A DNA stretch of 63,573 nucleotides, the filler included, from Aduncisulcus paluster (Eukaryota): assembly GCA_024181965.1 (NCBI GenBank). It is 8 parts of 8 records of this genome, joined end to end, with 100 filler letters (N's around TTAATTAATTAA, not from the genome) between each part and the next. Parts side by side here need not be neighbours in the genome. Positions count along the whole stretch, not along the records: positions 17,220 to 26,395 come from BQXS01011206.1; positions 26,496 to 30,741 come from BQXS01011207.1; positions 30,842 to 36,619 come from BQXS01011208.1; 5 more parts are not named here. One strand, given 5' to 3'. Position numbers and translations under genes: made by a program. The notes beneath the pieces were generated by a model. That model was not told where the DNA came from and ran no database searches. It saw only the letters and a program-made list of their open reading frames with translations. Numbering within the stretch: position 1 is the stretch's first letter; every line of letters begins with the position of its first letter. Positions 21,891-35,740 of the stretch are shown piece after piece.

Positions 21891-24252
21891 TCAATCAATA
21901 AAAACAAATCCATCGTCTTCTTCCTCTTGAATATCCTTCACATCTTCAATCATATCAGCAGCTTCTTTCTCGCTTTCACGCAGCAACTGAGCCAATCCAG
22001 TAGTCTCGTCAATGAGGTCAGGATCCTTCAAGCAATCCACAATAAACGATTCTTTGCTTCTCAAAGCTCCAAGAATAGAATCCGAACATGCAGAACAGAA
22101 TTTCTTGGATCTGAAAGAACGTGAAACTTCAATATTAAAAGGATTCATGAACCCTCGAATAATATGTGGTATATTTTTAGGTCCACTTCCTGGAGCTAAT
22201 ACCATATCTTTGCCAGGAGTTTCAATGACTCTCGCTCCAGATGGATGATGCAGAAGACAAATCCACATATCCACAGCCAGACCAGAAACGATTGGACTCA
22301 TCGAAGGTTGAGACACTGTACAAGCTTGATCAAGAGTTCGAGATGATCTAGTATCAATTAAATGCGCAGTACTGTTGCAAAAATAGCATCCAACATCATC
22401 TGGACCAGAAGAAGGAGAAGAGTCTACTTCTGAGCCCTTAAGAGGTTCTTTCTCACCTTCCTTCTCACCTTCTTTCTCATCTTCCTTTGGTTCAGACAAT
22501 TGACCATGACGAATGATTATGAAATTATCTTTCCCTACAGCCACAGTAATACAAACAGTTCCATTCATAGAGCACAACATTGTTGGGATCCACCGACTCT
22601 CTCTGGTATCAGTAAGTAAGAATACAACATCGTGTGACACAATGAGATCTTGTAAACGAGCAATTTCATCATCGATGGATGAATCAATAGGTTGACCAGG
22701 AATTGGGATACGCATATTCACACCCGAGGCACGAATATTGGGTGAAATTTCATTCAAACGTTCGGCAGCAGTTTCAGCCTTGGGTTTTCCCACATCAGAA
22801 TACAGAAACAAACTCTGACGAACAGGGTTTGAAAGAGAAACAGTACCACAATCAAGCAATGTAATCTTTTCAACACCCCAACCAATGAGAACCCGACTTA
22901 CATTACATCCAAGAGTTCCCGCACCGATTAAAAGGGCGCTTTTACCCTTGATAAGATCCGGGTCAACGTGAGTTTCACCTTGCCAGTTCATTAGACGGAT
23001 ATTCAGAGATACAGCCTGGGATACAAGCAGAGCAGGAGAGAGAAAAGAAGAGAGACTGATCGAAAATGGGGTAGCTTTACCCTTAGTTTTGGTATTTTTA
23101 ACATACCCAAATTGCTTGGTTGAGGAAAGAGGTTTAAATTCCAATGAACACATTTCATTTCCATGAGACACGCATAAACGCTTTTCAGANNNNNNNNNNN
23201 NNNNNNNNNACAGGGTTTGAAAGAGAAACAGTACCACAATCAAGCAATGTAATCTTTTCAACACCCCAACCAATGAGAACCCGACTTACATTACATCCAA
23301 GAGTTCCCGCACCGATTAAAAGGGCGCTTTTACCCTTGATAAGATCCGGGTCAACGTGAGTTTCACCTTGCCAGTTCATTAGACGGATATTCAGAGATAC
23401 AGCCTGGGATACAAGCAGAGCAGGAGAGAGAAAAGAAGAGAGACTGATCGAAAATGGGGTAGCTTTACCCTTAGTTTTGGTATTTTTAACATACCCAAAT
23501 TGCTTGGTTGAGGAAAGAGGTTTAAATTCCAATGAACACATTTCATTTCCATGAGACACGCATAAACGCTTTTCAGATGATTCAAGAAGATCCTTTGTTC
23601 TGAGGTACAATTGTAATAATACCAAACGATAGATATGAGGGAGAGACAGAGAGGGGAAGACACAAATATCATGTTCTTTGTCAAAATTATGCGAATATAT
23701 CAAAGGACATTGTAATGATGTTTCATCAGAACTTAAACCAGAGAAAATAGCCGGTTTGGAAATGGAAGAAAAAACATTATCAGCAGGACATTTGGAATAT
23801 GGGAGTAAAGAGGCATTATACAACACTGGAGCTGGAACACAACACCAATATTCATGGCAGTTCTTCTTTAAATCGGAATAAACAAGGATATAAAATGACG
23901 TGACATCAGCAATACTTACAGTCGGATCTTCAAGTTGGGAAAGTAATTTTTCACAATAATTATTTAAAATCTCCTTATTATTAATCTCTTTAAATGATAA
24001 AGGTGTCTTATAACTCACCAATTCCCCTTTCAATAGAACATTATCTTTCAAAGTCTTATCTGGCTTTTCAAGAGACCAATCATCGAGAATAATAGGTTGG
24101 TCTACTCTAGTTTCGTCTACTTTTCCGAATATTGGAATTGTTTTCAAACTTAAACCACCGGTAAGTAACAAGGATTCCAGTTCTTTCCAAAAAGAAACAG
24201 AAATTTCTATTTTAGGGGGTTTATATTTAATTAAAAGTTCTGATTCAGACAT
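21891..24252 (-). CDS. ATG7: Autophagy E1-like activating enzyme ATG7 (~657 aa after overlap removal)
   Basis: ATG7 N-terminal domain (SFWKEL; YSDLKK...YW), AVSLNIRLMNW, GAGTLGC, VSLSNPVRQSL, LLTDTRESRW, GCYFCN, catalytic RTLDQACTV, PHIIRG, CSACS. 22822-23189 is duplicated at 23210-23577. Confidence 0.93.
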
Positions 24253-24488
24253 TTTAAGTGCGTATTGCTTTGCAAATGTGATCAAAACAAAACATATTTC
24301 TTCTATCGGCATTGTCATTACTCTGTGAATGATATTTGCATAATAACAATGTTTTCTCCATTAGTTTCACTATAAACAGATAAAATACGACAACAAAATT
24401 TTATTTTAAGCGGATATGAAACAGACAAAACACGTAGTTTCAGATCCTGAATAGCATTCAATACGATGTTGATATCTACATTATTGAA

Positions 24489-24947
24489 CTATTCAGTCTT
24501 TGAAATTTCAATGTCTTTCCCATACCGTTTCCGGACAAAATCAACAGAGAAATACCAACACACAATCCCACAAATTGTATTGATAAAACACCCCATTATT
24601 GAAGGAAATCCCTCAATAAACAGTGATATTATGAGTAAAATAATATATGAAGAAAGAACATAATCCCAACATAACATAGCGCTACTACAAACGAGGGAAA
24701 TGCAAAAAGCATGGAATACACTAAAAATAACCAGGAAAATTGAGTTTACCCACCACCCTGGATGGGATAATGAGCATTGTTCGGAGAATGTAAATATGGA
24801 TTTCCAAGAAAAATACAAACCGGGAGTAGAAATGAAGGTAATATATATTCGATTCGAAAGATATAAGTATAGCCCTCTTAATATGATAAAATTCGCAATT
24901 ACAATAAATATTTCAAAACTTCGCTTTGTATATTCGTGATATTTCAT
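24489..24947 (-). CDS. SYS1-like Golgi membrane protein
   Basis: 152 aa with four hydrophobic segments; LCWDY...GFP...RKRYGKDI parallels the SYS1 pattern CLDF...xFP...RxExxxI. Confidence 0.6.
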   Translation of the reverse strand: MKYHEYTKRSFEIFIVIANFIILRGLYLYLSNRIYITFISTPGLYFSWKSIFTFSEQCSLSHPGWWVNSIFLVIFSVFHAFCISLVCSSAMLCWDYVLSSYIILLIISLFIEGFPSIMGCFINTICGIVCWYFSVDFVRKRYGKDIEISKTE

Positions 24948-25167
24948 TATATATTATTTAAGAATATTTGATTGTTAACAACATCGTGTGTTGTTTTGGT
25001 TTTTGGGATGTGGTATGTCGTCAGATACTAAATTCATTTATATTAATTAAGAAATATAATATATAATTCAAATTTATTTTTTAATTATTGTGGAGGATAT
25101 AGAGTGTATTGTTAGCTGTCAAGAACGATTGCTTTCCTCCGAGAAAAAATATCCGTTAGAAATGGAT

Positions 25168-26395
25168 TTAAAATGGAACCTCACCCTTTTCAAATGATTC
25201 AATTTCCTTAGGGGTGGGTCCTCTAAACAATTCTTTTCGTGTAGTAGCTCCAACGAGTGGCCAAACTGAGAAACTTCCGCATTCAGTTCCGATTCCAAAA
25301 ATGTTCTCGCCACATGCACAAGCAGTGATCTGTTCCTCTTCACGGGCACATACACAGAGTAGAGCGAAAGGAGCGACAGAATTCCACACCGTACAGAGAC
25401 CTCCAGAAGTTCCTTGAATAAGGAGACAACCATTTGGGGAGAGAGATATGGCAGTGGTACGATGACCTTTATCTACGTAAGGGAAAGCATGGTATGGCTC
25501 GATTTTGCCTTTGGGCTGTTTAGCAAGCCACACATACACTTCACGATCCCATCCAACGGTGTACAAGAAATGACTGGATTCTCCTTTTCCGAACATAACC
25601 TTAGTGATGGTGCTGGTATGAGCATTGTCCTTTGACCACACAAGTGAGAGAGTGACCTTTCCTCTTGATTTTCCAATCTTTCTCTTGATTTTCCAGATAG
25701 ACAGAGAGTGGTCGTTACTCACAGTAGCAAGAAATTCCCCATCTTCACTGACAGCAATATCGGTCACAATGCTCTCATGGAGTTCGAACTCACCGATACA
25801 CTCACCTGGAACATCCGAAGCAGGCTGCATCATGGCCTTTCCGGTGGTGGGATCAACTTTCCTGACAAGAGATCCTCTCTGTTTGAGGTCAGCAGCACTA
25901 TAGAGACGCCAAGCACGCACACTAAAGTCGTCACTTGTGCTGAATAGGACATCCCGACTGGCGCATAAGCTCTGCACCTTCCCAGAGTGTCCCCGGAAGC
26001 GAGACAGGATACATCCAAGAGACTCATCTTGTGGAGTCAAGGATACAGCAAGGATTTCGTATGTGCTTCCTCCGACATAGGCAATGTCACCAGTGTCATT
26101 CACAGTCAAAGAGAAGAGCTGTGAGTCACAGCATACTTGAGAAACACGTTCAAGGGTCAGAGTATCAGTCACTGTAAGATAGGCATCTTTGGCAACTGAT
26201 AACAGCATAGGGTGGGAGCCTCCAATAGTTGGAATTCGCACAAGTGCCTGTTCTGTGATTTCCTGGGTATGAGCAGATACCTCCTTAACAAGGCTTGGTT
26301 TGACAAGAATTTTAATGTTGTGAATACGAACAACTGCATCAGATGAAGCTGTAGCGAGGAAAGGAAGCCGAGGGTTGAGGCGCATACGTGCGACC
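25168..26395 (-). CDS. WD40-repeat protein, 5'-truncated
   Basis: Multiple GH/AH...SxDxxxxxW repeats; the frame is open to the linker. Confidence 0.9.
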
Positions 26396-26495
26396 NNNNN
26401 NNNNNNNNNNNNNNNNNNNNNNNNNNNNNNNNNNNNNNNTTAATTAATTAANNNNNNNNNNNNNNNNNNNNNNNNNNNNNNNNNNNNNNNNNNNN

Positions 26496-26775
26496 TCAGC
26501 AACTTTTGTAAATTCTAAAGGATAGTGTAAGAGATTATTGGGAGAAACGAATAGGGAAGTAAATATGTTACCAAAAACATTCAAAAAAATCAAAGACAAA
26601 AATCAAACAAGGACATACCTCCTTTTTCAAGAAATTTTTCCGAAACGGTTAAATATTTCAATATTTCTTCTTTGTTTTCAATATTAGCAGGTTTAGGCTT
26701 AGCAGCGTCACCAGCTTCGCCTTGTTTCTTTTTCCATTCAATTTCAAATTGAGCCCAACCTGGATGAGCAGACAT
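26496..26775 (-). CDS. N-terminal fragment of an unidentified gene (exon 1, 104-nt intron 26515-26618, start of exon 2)
   Basis: ...EKFLEKG G|GTATGT...CTTTAG|AA TTT ACA AAA GTT GCT splices in frame to EKGEFTKVA; cut by the linker. Confidence 0.7.
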
Positions 26776-27215
26776 TAACGATGATCTTGTGTCAAAATGA
26801 AAGTGGTTTTCCTAAATCCGAAAGGAGGAATCATCAAAAACAAAATTTATGATTATTTACAATAAAAATACAAATAATGTTTAATAAAGATATTTATTTA
26901 TCATTCGTGATAACCATTCAAAAGATAGAGAGCCAAAATCGACATTGGGAGATATCGAACGTATAGCGAGATTTATTTCAAAGATTATAGATACGGATAT
27001 CGAAATTAATTTATAATTAAAAGTCTTCAATGCGTATCGCAAGTGACAGCTCTAAACATGCCGGAGATTTCTGATGGAATGATGTGGAAATAGAACATGA
27101 AACAAAAAAAAAGGGAAAAAATTATAAATTATAGCAGTAATTGAGTAATATTATTGTTACGATCGATGAGAATCATCATAAATTGTGCTTCCACAGAGAG
27201 AGAGAAGAAATGTCT

Positions 27216-30200
27216 TCATTCTTGATGAGGGTTCTCTGAATGAGCTAAAGTACATAATTTAGTCGGAGTATGCCGATTGCTTTGGCTTTGTCTCGTCCTA
27301 AATTCCCTCAACCCACTCACAGTTTTCTTTGGGAAAGGAAAAGATTGTGAGAAAGCATTTGCAATTAGAGGGGCCAGACAGACAACTGCAGAAAGCATCA
27401 TATTCACGCGAATTGTCTCTCTTTTGCGGAATATTTCAGGTGACATTGATTGAGACTCATTAACCTTGGAGGAATGCCCTGACTGAGGTTTGAACTCATA
27501 CCCAGAAGATGGGTGATGGTCTACTGAAGAAACACCATGACTAATCCAGTGTTCGGAAGAAGAAGACATTCCATAATCTGCATGTCTTTCCCCATTAATT
27601 AATTGATTGAGGACAACCATGGCAATGTTTGGAGCTCGAGAGGCATACACAACATCAAGATCCTCCCAAGCCCATGAATAACGACAATCTGTCCTAAAAA
27701 TAGACTCACATTCAGGGAAACAAATCAGTGTGGTGGAAGATGGCGACACTAGGGCCGGTCTAAGAAGGAAGAGAGATTCAGGATGGAAAGTATCGGTCAA
27801 AGCTTTCTTAGCAAAGGGTGGAAGAACTCTATTGAAATAGTGATTACGCCTTACTCCATCGGCAAGTACTCGAAGCAGTCTTGGAGATGACGGTAATATG
27901 GTAATGACATTTGGAGAATTTGGGGAGTGTTCTGAACCCATTGCTGTTTCAGGACATTGGTCATCATGAAGCGGGCATTGGGAGTGTTCCTGAGCCTCAA
28001 AGAAGGCAGAGCAACAGATAGCACCAACTCCAACACCAACAATGCACTTACATTCACTGTATTTATGTTTTACGTACTCGCATATAACCAAATTGGAGAC
28101 GAGACGGCTTCCATTATCATCTGTTTCAATGGCATTGAAATAAATGAAGGAATGAAGCATCTCGATTGGGATAGATAGACTCGATGACTCATCAGCCATC
28201 GGATTCACGACACTCTTCGAGGATAGAGACTGATCAGAGGTGAACAACGGGGGAGAACCTGAGCTTCTGGGACTTCCATGAGGAGATGGGAACACAAACG
28301 GAGATGATACGGAATCTTGAATATTCCAGCTTCCATGATGGACTCCGAATACCTCGCCAATCGACGGGGAAGTGAATGTTTTGCCCGTGTATTCGGTCTT
28401 AAACCGCTCTTTCTCCCACTTTTCACGTGCTCTCCAAAATGGTTTGATGACTTTTAGGTTGCATACAGGTGCCAATATACTTGCAATTCTGAATCCCAAT
28501 TCCTCTTCTTCTAACAGTCCACTGATAATCAACACGACATCCACCTTGTCTTGATTCCCAAATGGATCAGCACCCACCAAGGAAACTGTGGAGGAGAGCA
28601 AGGAAGGGTGAGGAGGAGATGAAGGAGATAATGAGGAATATGAGTGGTCATGATCGTATAAGAAAGACGAATCCTCTTCATATTTCTGTTCATCTTTAGT
28701 GGCTTCACCGTGTTTGGCCTGCTGCTCTGAGTCTTCGATTTGGTGTGATTCCTGAATAGGTCTGTCATCACTAAGATCGATGGAAGGATTATCTTGAGTG
28801 AGCATATGCAGAGGCAAGGGGAACTCAAACGGAAGCGTTGTCTTGGGTTCTTCAGTGCCCAAGTAAGTGCAAATATGCGAGTATAAGGCCTCAGTGAGAT
28901 TACACACGAAACGGAGATCCTCACCAATTTTGCCACCACATTCAATGCAAAGCTCTGAGAGGCTTCCACAAACACGAATCAATTCGGGGTATATCAAGTC
29001 AAACTGCGACAAAGGAGATGCATTTCCTGGTGAAATGCGATCTTTCTTCCTCTTTTTGGAACCGTGGCCCTCGGATTTAGGAATTGACTTCATAAGCATG
29101 TCGTCAAAGGAGAGGAAAGACTGAACGCATCGTTTTCCACCATACTTCCTCACGAGACGAATTGCAAGATTGTGTCTAAGGTTCGAGAGACCGATACCAT
29201 ACAGGTGACTTCCCGTCTCTTTTTGACTAACTAAACAGCATAACCTGAATAAACTCCCACGGAAGGCCTGTTTGTATGTCTCCATCTTCATGGGATCAAC
29301 ATAACTCAGATCAATACGGGCAGGTGTATTCACGGGGAGATTGAGTAAGAACTTAAAGGAAGTGAGTTCCTGGACCTCGATGATACCATCATTCAGAGAG
29401 CAATCCTGCAACATGTACATGATATCCTTATCCTCAGAGTACTGGGCAGTGTGAGAGAGTTTAGCACACCCATGACTCATTACCTGGACAAATGAGTAAG
29501 CTAGGCCAACCTTCTGTGATAACATTAGCAACTGTTGGCGAAGAGGTGCCAAACTAAGAGATATCACAACAGAGTCAGATAAATCGCCTCGTCTCTTCTT
29601 TTTCTTGGTCATATTCTCACGAATACCCAGTAAAATGATGCTCATTGTCGAAGCATCTCCCCAAAAAAAGGCAAAGGCGAGAGGTGAAAATGGAAGGAAA
29701 GAGAGAGAAGACGGCAAAGGAGGAACTGGGAGATGTAGAGAAGAGGAGGAAAGAACAGGAATCTGAGTCACACGTGGTCTAAGAAGAGAGAAAGAGAAGA
29801 TCGATGGGAGAATACAAAATCCTGAATGTGTCACCGCTTGTGATTCTTTCTTGACAATCTCACTGAGTTGGGGGATTGGAGAGGGTTGATCCTCAAGCTT
29901 TTGCTTCTCAACAACAATGGAACCTGCAGTCACAGAGAGTTTTGGAGGAGTGGAGTTTGGAACTGAAGAAGAATATCCAGCAAGATTTGGATACTCGATA
30001 GAAGGTCCTCTTCCTTCAATTTTGACTCCAACAACACTCAAAGGAAACAAAGGCTTGTGGGTCGGTCCAGATGGAATTGGAAGGCTTGGCGTATGTGAAA
30101 TCCTCATTGAGTTTGAGATAATCATACCTGTGGAACGGTGTAAGTGTGAACTGGACGAAGAACTTCTTGATCCAAGCTGAGGACGGTCAAAGGATCTTCC

Positions 30201-30741
30201 GTGAGAGTGGGATCTCGTGATACTTGAAGAATGGTGTGAATCCTTACTTCCTGTTCGATGTCTTGATTCTGTTCGCTTCCGATCTTTTTGATCCCCAATG
30301 TCTTCTTCCTCTGACTCTTCTTCTTCTTCTTCTCCTTGGTGAACAATATCATATGCATTACGAATACAGACACCTCCGCACACACCGGCGACTAGACTAC
30401 TCTGAACTCGTTTCCCATGAGGAAGTCCTTCACCGCCACCACAGACTCCCTCGCTGCCGATTCCCTCGAACCCATCCTTCCAATCCCAGAGGCCAAGACA
30501 CCCACACTTCTGAACATGCCGAGCCTCCGACGGGGAAGGAGTCGGCAAGAGGAATATCACGTTTGGATACCTTGAGAGGACAGAGGATGTGAAGTAGAAG
30601 AGAAGGGGATTGAGGGTCAGGAGGGACAGAGTAAGGGAGGATGTAGAGGGGGAAGCACATCCAAGCTGACACGACTGGGAGGACAGGGTCGAAATGGAAG
30701 CGGATGGAGTGCCAGAAGAGACCGAGGAAGAGCTGGGAGTC
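27216..30741 (-). CDS. Large hypothetical Ser-rich protein, 5'-truncated
   Basis: 1114-aa ORF whose frame stays open upstream to the linker; no family recognised. Confidence 0.75.
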
Positions 30742-31063
30742 NNNNNNNNNNNNNNNNNNNNNNNNNNNNNNNNNNNNNNNNNNNNTTAATTAATTAANNN
30801 NNNNNNNNNNNNNNNNNNNNNNNNNNNNNNNNNNNNNNNNNTTTTGTGAATATTTACCATTTTTTATTGTATTCTATTTTGGTTCATTTTCCATTCTTGC
30901 CTATAATATTGTCCTCTTTTCTTCATTTCATTGATTTTCGTAACTTTCTCTTTTGCTCTCGATTGTCGCTCTATTCGTAAGAAATACAAACAAAATCCAG
31001 TTTATTCTAAGTCCATATCGAAATTAATAACACCAACGACTAAAACCTACCAGTATAGCAATA

Positions 31064-33931
31064 ATGTCTTTTTCTAAACCAACAACAAAGCCTTTCAGCA
31101 AAGCATGTCTTGAAAAATTGAGAGTTTCTATTAAAATGACCACCTTTGAATTGTTCCCACTTTATGAAAAATCACAATCACGTCTTCAGGCCATCTTTGA
31201 CGAATACACGACACCTTCTGCTATCACATCCAATCGAGATCTCTTCGCTCTTTGTTTCGAATGTTTATCCCTGTTCGTGAAGCATAAAGTTACGAAAGAA
31301 GAAGATGGAGAAGAAGATATTGAGGTCATCCTCGATGAATCTTCCATCAAGAAGATCATTGACTCTTTCTTGCCTCAAATGATCAAAGTTGAATCTGTTC
31401 TGAGGATGAATGGAGAAATGGCAAGAAGAAGAAGAAGAAGAAAGTGGAAAAAAAGAAGCTGGCGTGAGCTCTATCACAATGTTATTGTTTAGAATTCTAA
31501 ATGTCTCTCTTGATAAAGTTGAATCCTTTCGAATCAAAGTATATCCTCAAATATCTCCTTTTCTCTCCAAGATATTAACTCTTGGTATATCTCAAAAACT
31601 TAAGAATTCATTCATCGAAGATATCCTCATGACATGTAGAAATATCGCCTTTGCCGAAGATAATTCCACTAAAGACTCCCTTTTATTCATTCTTATCCGT
31701 TATATTTTACTGTGGATGAGGAAGTATCCCGACAAGAAGTTCTTTTTGCATTGGACAAACATTTTGAAGAAAATCACTCTTGATGAAGATAACAAACGCC
31801 CTCATTAAGTTCGTTCATCACAACTCTGGTTTGTCTTCCATCCTGTCTTGGATGTGATTAAAGATACAGATTCCAAGGGTGTAACATTTGATGATGAAGC
31901 TATTGTTCGTTGTTTCTATTTCTTTGCTAACTTGAGTTGCATTCCTTCCCAAGCTATTGAAATTCATGAATGCATCAAAGATGATCTTCTTGATAGTTGG
32001 TTTGAGACGGTAAAGAAGAATAAGGAAGAAAAAGATGATAGCACCGGTGTTAAATGCTGGTCCAAACTTATTTCCATACTATCAGACATCCCCTCAATAG
32101 TTCCTCAACTTTCACCTAAATTTGATGATGATATGTATTGGTGTATGAAAAATGAAGGATGGAGGGACAATTATTCAAGGTATTTTGGTAATTGTTATCC
32201 TTTTCTGAAGAAACGGATGGAATTAATTGATTCCATAAAGAAATGCTCTGATTCTGTGGCAACTGCTGAACTCTACCATGAACATCGAGATGAGATCCTT
32301 TCTGTATTCCTTGAGTACCAATCAAAGAGTGAGATTGAAGAACATAAGAAAGAGATTATTCTTTGTGTTAAGTGTTTAAGATGGTTTGTTGTGCATTATA
32401 TTTCTGGAACTAATATCTATCTCCCTAATCTCTATTTGAATGATCTTATTGACACTTTCTTTGATCATTTATCAAGGGTTGAGAAGGTTTTGGAAGGAGT
32501 TATTGATGAAGATTATTGTAGGATTTGTGCTGATTATACTTTCAAAGTTCAACATAAACGGGATTCCTTCTTACCCAAAATATCTCCCACTTTCCATCGT
32601 ATTCTTGAGAGAGGAAGTAAGGAGAAGTTGGGGAGGGCTGCTCAATATTTATTACAGACTCTCAGCGACCTCTCTTATTCTCCCTTATCTTCCACTCGAT
32701 CTTCTATTCTCACCCTCATCAAACCATATATCAAAGATTGGTTGAGGATATACAACGATAGTGAGTGTTATGGACATTGGATGTTTATTCTATCAAAAAT
32801 CACCTTCTCAAGTGATGATTCAACCCCCAACAAATCCATCTGTTCTGAAGCTTGGGATTTGTTTTTTCCAGTTCTTGATGTTCTTAAGAGTGAAACTAAA
32901 GAGATTGTTGAGGGTGCAAATGGACATCATCATGTTTTATCCTTCTTCTCCAATCTATGTTGTGATCATGCCAAGGAAGTTTATCATAATATTACTGACG
33001 AGTATCTCGATGAGTGGTTTACAGTTATAAAGGAGGAAAGGCACAAATGGGGCATTATCTACTGGTCCAAACTTATTTCCATGTTCTCCACTGTTCCGTC
33101 TCTTGTTCCTCTGATATCTCCAAAATATGATGTCAAAATGATGGAATCTAGATTTTTTGATCGCTACTTTTCTAATATATCTTCCTATATAGCTTCATCT
33201 TGTCTACCTAAACTCCTCCACTCTATTCCTCCAGTCTCATTAATCCCATCAATTGAGACATCTTTATGTCCTGAGAAAGATGGATATTCATACGCTTCAC
33301 ATGTGTGTTGTCAAATGAGTGTAGAAACTGATGCTGATTTCAACAATTGTGGTGTCTTTGATTATCGTTTTCCTACCAATCTCAACAAAACCTCTGTTGT
33401 CAATATAATCACGAAAAAGGAAATGACAAAAGACCAACAAATATTACAACGTGGCAGATTGTGTTTTGGAACAAAAGATGAACATCCCGATGATGATGAT
33501 GTTGGTAAGCGGCGGTTTTCTTCCCTTGGCATTGAAGAACCATCTCATTCTTTATCAGCAATGATGGGTACAATGAAGAAGGGAAGTATTAATTCGCATA
33601 TACCTGATAAAATGTTAGATGAACCTTCATCTCAAAAGAAACAATCAACATTAACGGGGGAAAAGCAAGAAGAAAAAGAAGAAGAAAAGAATTCTATAAT
33701 TTCTTTTGAACACAACTATTGCATCAAACACTCATCTATCATCCAATATACTCCTCCTCAACATTTACTTGTTAAGATGCCATTTGATGAGGAAAGATCT
33801 TTGAGACAGTCTGTGTATGATTTTGTTGAACACACAGGTGGAGGCGTGGAATCTTTATTTGATCATGAAATGTGTCATGTTTCATTTGAAGGGTATGATC
33901 AGGAATCATGGAGGGAAGGAATGGAAATATT

Positions 33932-33967
<36 letters not shown>

Positions 33968-33980
33968 AGAAGAAGAAGAG

Positions 33981-34012
<32 letters not shown>

Positions 34013-34064
34013 GGAGGAGGAAGCAGTGTGGAGGATCCGTGATTGGAGGGGTTTCATTTATTAG
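31064..34064 (+). pseudogene. Disrupted copy of a lineage-specific helical-repeat (ARM/HEAT-like) protein with a poly-Glu tail
   Basis: Three ORFs form one gene, with a frameshift near 31410-31430 and an in-frame TAA at 31806-31808. There is an internal two-fold repeat (HWxxILxKIT...FxPVLDVxK...FFxNL...WSKLIS...SPKxD). Sequencing error is not excluded. Confidence 0.65.
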
Positions 34065-34993
34065 TAGACTTTCAAGAAGACTAACATTGCACACTACAAT
34101 TTATCCACTGCAAGATTTCTGAGAAACTCAGTGAAATACAAAATGTTAAAATAGAGGCATCTGATTGAAAATAATAATCGACTTCTCCGCTCTCCTGAAG
34201 CGGCTTCATTGTTGTTGAATAACCGGTTGTTACCGGCATGTACCGGCTCTAATTCTCATAAATAAATTTACTAGCCGCCCTTATTAGGGTTAACAGTACA
34301 ACAGTTGTACAATTTATTGTTCACCCGCAATTTCCGTGATACAAAATCCATGGAGATTCTCCATATGGAGATACTATGTTGAGATTGTAACGAACAGTAC
34401 TTCAAGATTGATTCTAACTGCTATTAGTGGTTGGTCTCAATTGATATTGATGGACTATCATGCCACCGGCAATATGACCGTCTCCTGCCGATAACTTTTA
34501 TTCATAATAAATTTGCTAGCCACTCCTCTCGGAGTCAATAATATAGTTGAGATTTATCAGGAATCTTACTTTATCAACATTTCACAACGCAGATTGAACA
34601 TATCTTTATGAATAAATCGTTTATTGAAGTTGTTGTAGTACATCATGTGGAAATGTGACAACCTATATCTTATTCAAGATGAATATAAGATATCATGTTC
34701 ATAATATTTACCCAAACTTATAAATTGGATCAAGCGATATCCCAAAAGAGCTCGTCACAGAAAGTTCAAAAGAAAAGATAAGCATTAACTTTTAAGGAAC
34801 AAAAAAGCATGGATACGGTCTCATTGAGAACAACGAAAGAAACACAAATACAAACATAAAATAATTACCAGAAATAAGACTCAAATTAGTTCAACAATAT
34901 CGTTACAAAAGAGTGATTCAAAAAATAACAAACATGCTACAAGAATTATTTAGTATAAAAAGATAAAATACATATAATAACAAAAAATAATTC

Positions 34994-35518
34994 TCATTCA
35001 AACAATTCCTCAACACCCGCCGAATGCATTTCAATCCTGTTATACATCTCATTGCGCATTCGCTTCTCGATGAGGTAAGGAAGTTGGAATACATATGAAC
35101 CGTATGTTTTCGACAGTTTCAGAACATTTGAATACGATTCAAATTTCATTGTTTTAGCCTTTCCATGATCAAATTGTGAGGCCGAGAATATTTTGGAACA
35201 CTTCAAGTCTTCTCCATTCCATGGACAATACAATCTTCTCTTCTCATCAGGAAGTTTGTAGTCTTTTATATGATAATGTGCAGAGAAATTCTTCATCGTC
35301 TCCTCTTGACACAGCATATACTCGCATAGAACATTACCACGGATATACACCTCGAACTTGGGGGATTTCGAGGAGATGGGGGCCGACACATGGATTGCAG
35401 AACTCCTTTTAACGATCAGGCTCGGAATCTGATGAATCATGGAAGTGGATCTGTATCGCTTACAGGATCGTCTCAAAGAACTCCAAAGATGATGGATAGA
35501 ACGACTTTTTCGAAGCAC
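34994..35518 (-). CDS. Possible small hypothetical protein or gene remnant with Cys/His spacing
   Basis: 174-codon ORF with a non-ATG track start; CEYMLC...HYH...CPW...KCSKIF weakly suggests zinc fingers. Confidence 0.3.
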   Translation of the reverse strand: MLRKSRSIHHLWSSLRRSCKRYRSTSMIHQIPSLIVKRSSAIHVSAPISSKSPKFEVYIRGNVLCEYMLCQEETMKNFSAHYHIKDYKLPDEKRRLYCPWNGEDLKCSKIFSASQFDHGKAKTMKFESYSNVLKLSKTYGSYVFQLPYLIEKRMRNEMYNRIEMHSAGVEELFE

Positions 35519-35740
35519 AGTAAAATATTCCTCACATATATTGGGATTGTGGTATCAAGTAGGCTTCCGAAAGGAATTTAATCTAAGCTTGAAGACAATT
35601 TACTGAGTTATACGAAGAATCAAGATTATCTAAAAATAGAATATTGACTAAGTTGGAACATAATAAATATAATAAATTAAGAATATAAATAATAATAAAA
35701 TAGAAATAATATTAATAAAACAAAATAATAAATAATAATA

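Noticed and set aside
31806..31808. In-frame TAA as evidence of TAR-to-Gln reassignment (hexamitid code)
   Set aside because: Conserved genes end at their expected termini with TAA or TAG (PRS, Prp22, DNAL1), and multi-kb ORFs lack internal TAR.
34190..34560. Weak two-copy similarity (TAAATTT[A/G]CTAGCC) suggesting a decayed duplication
   Set aside because: The match is short and all frames are interrupted; it cannot be assigned.
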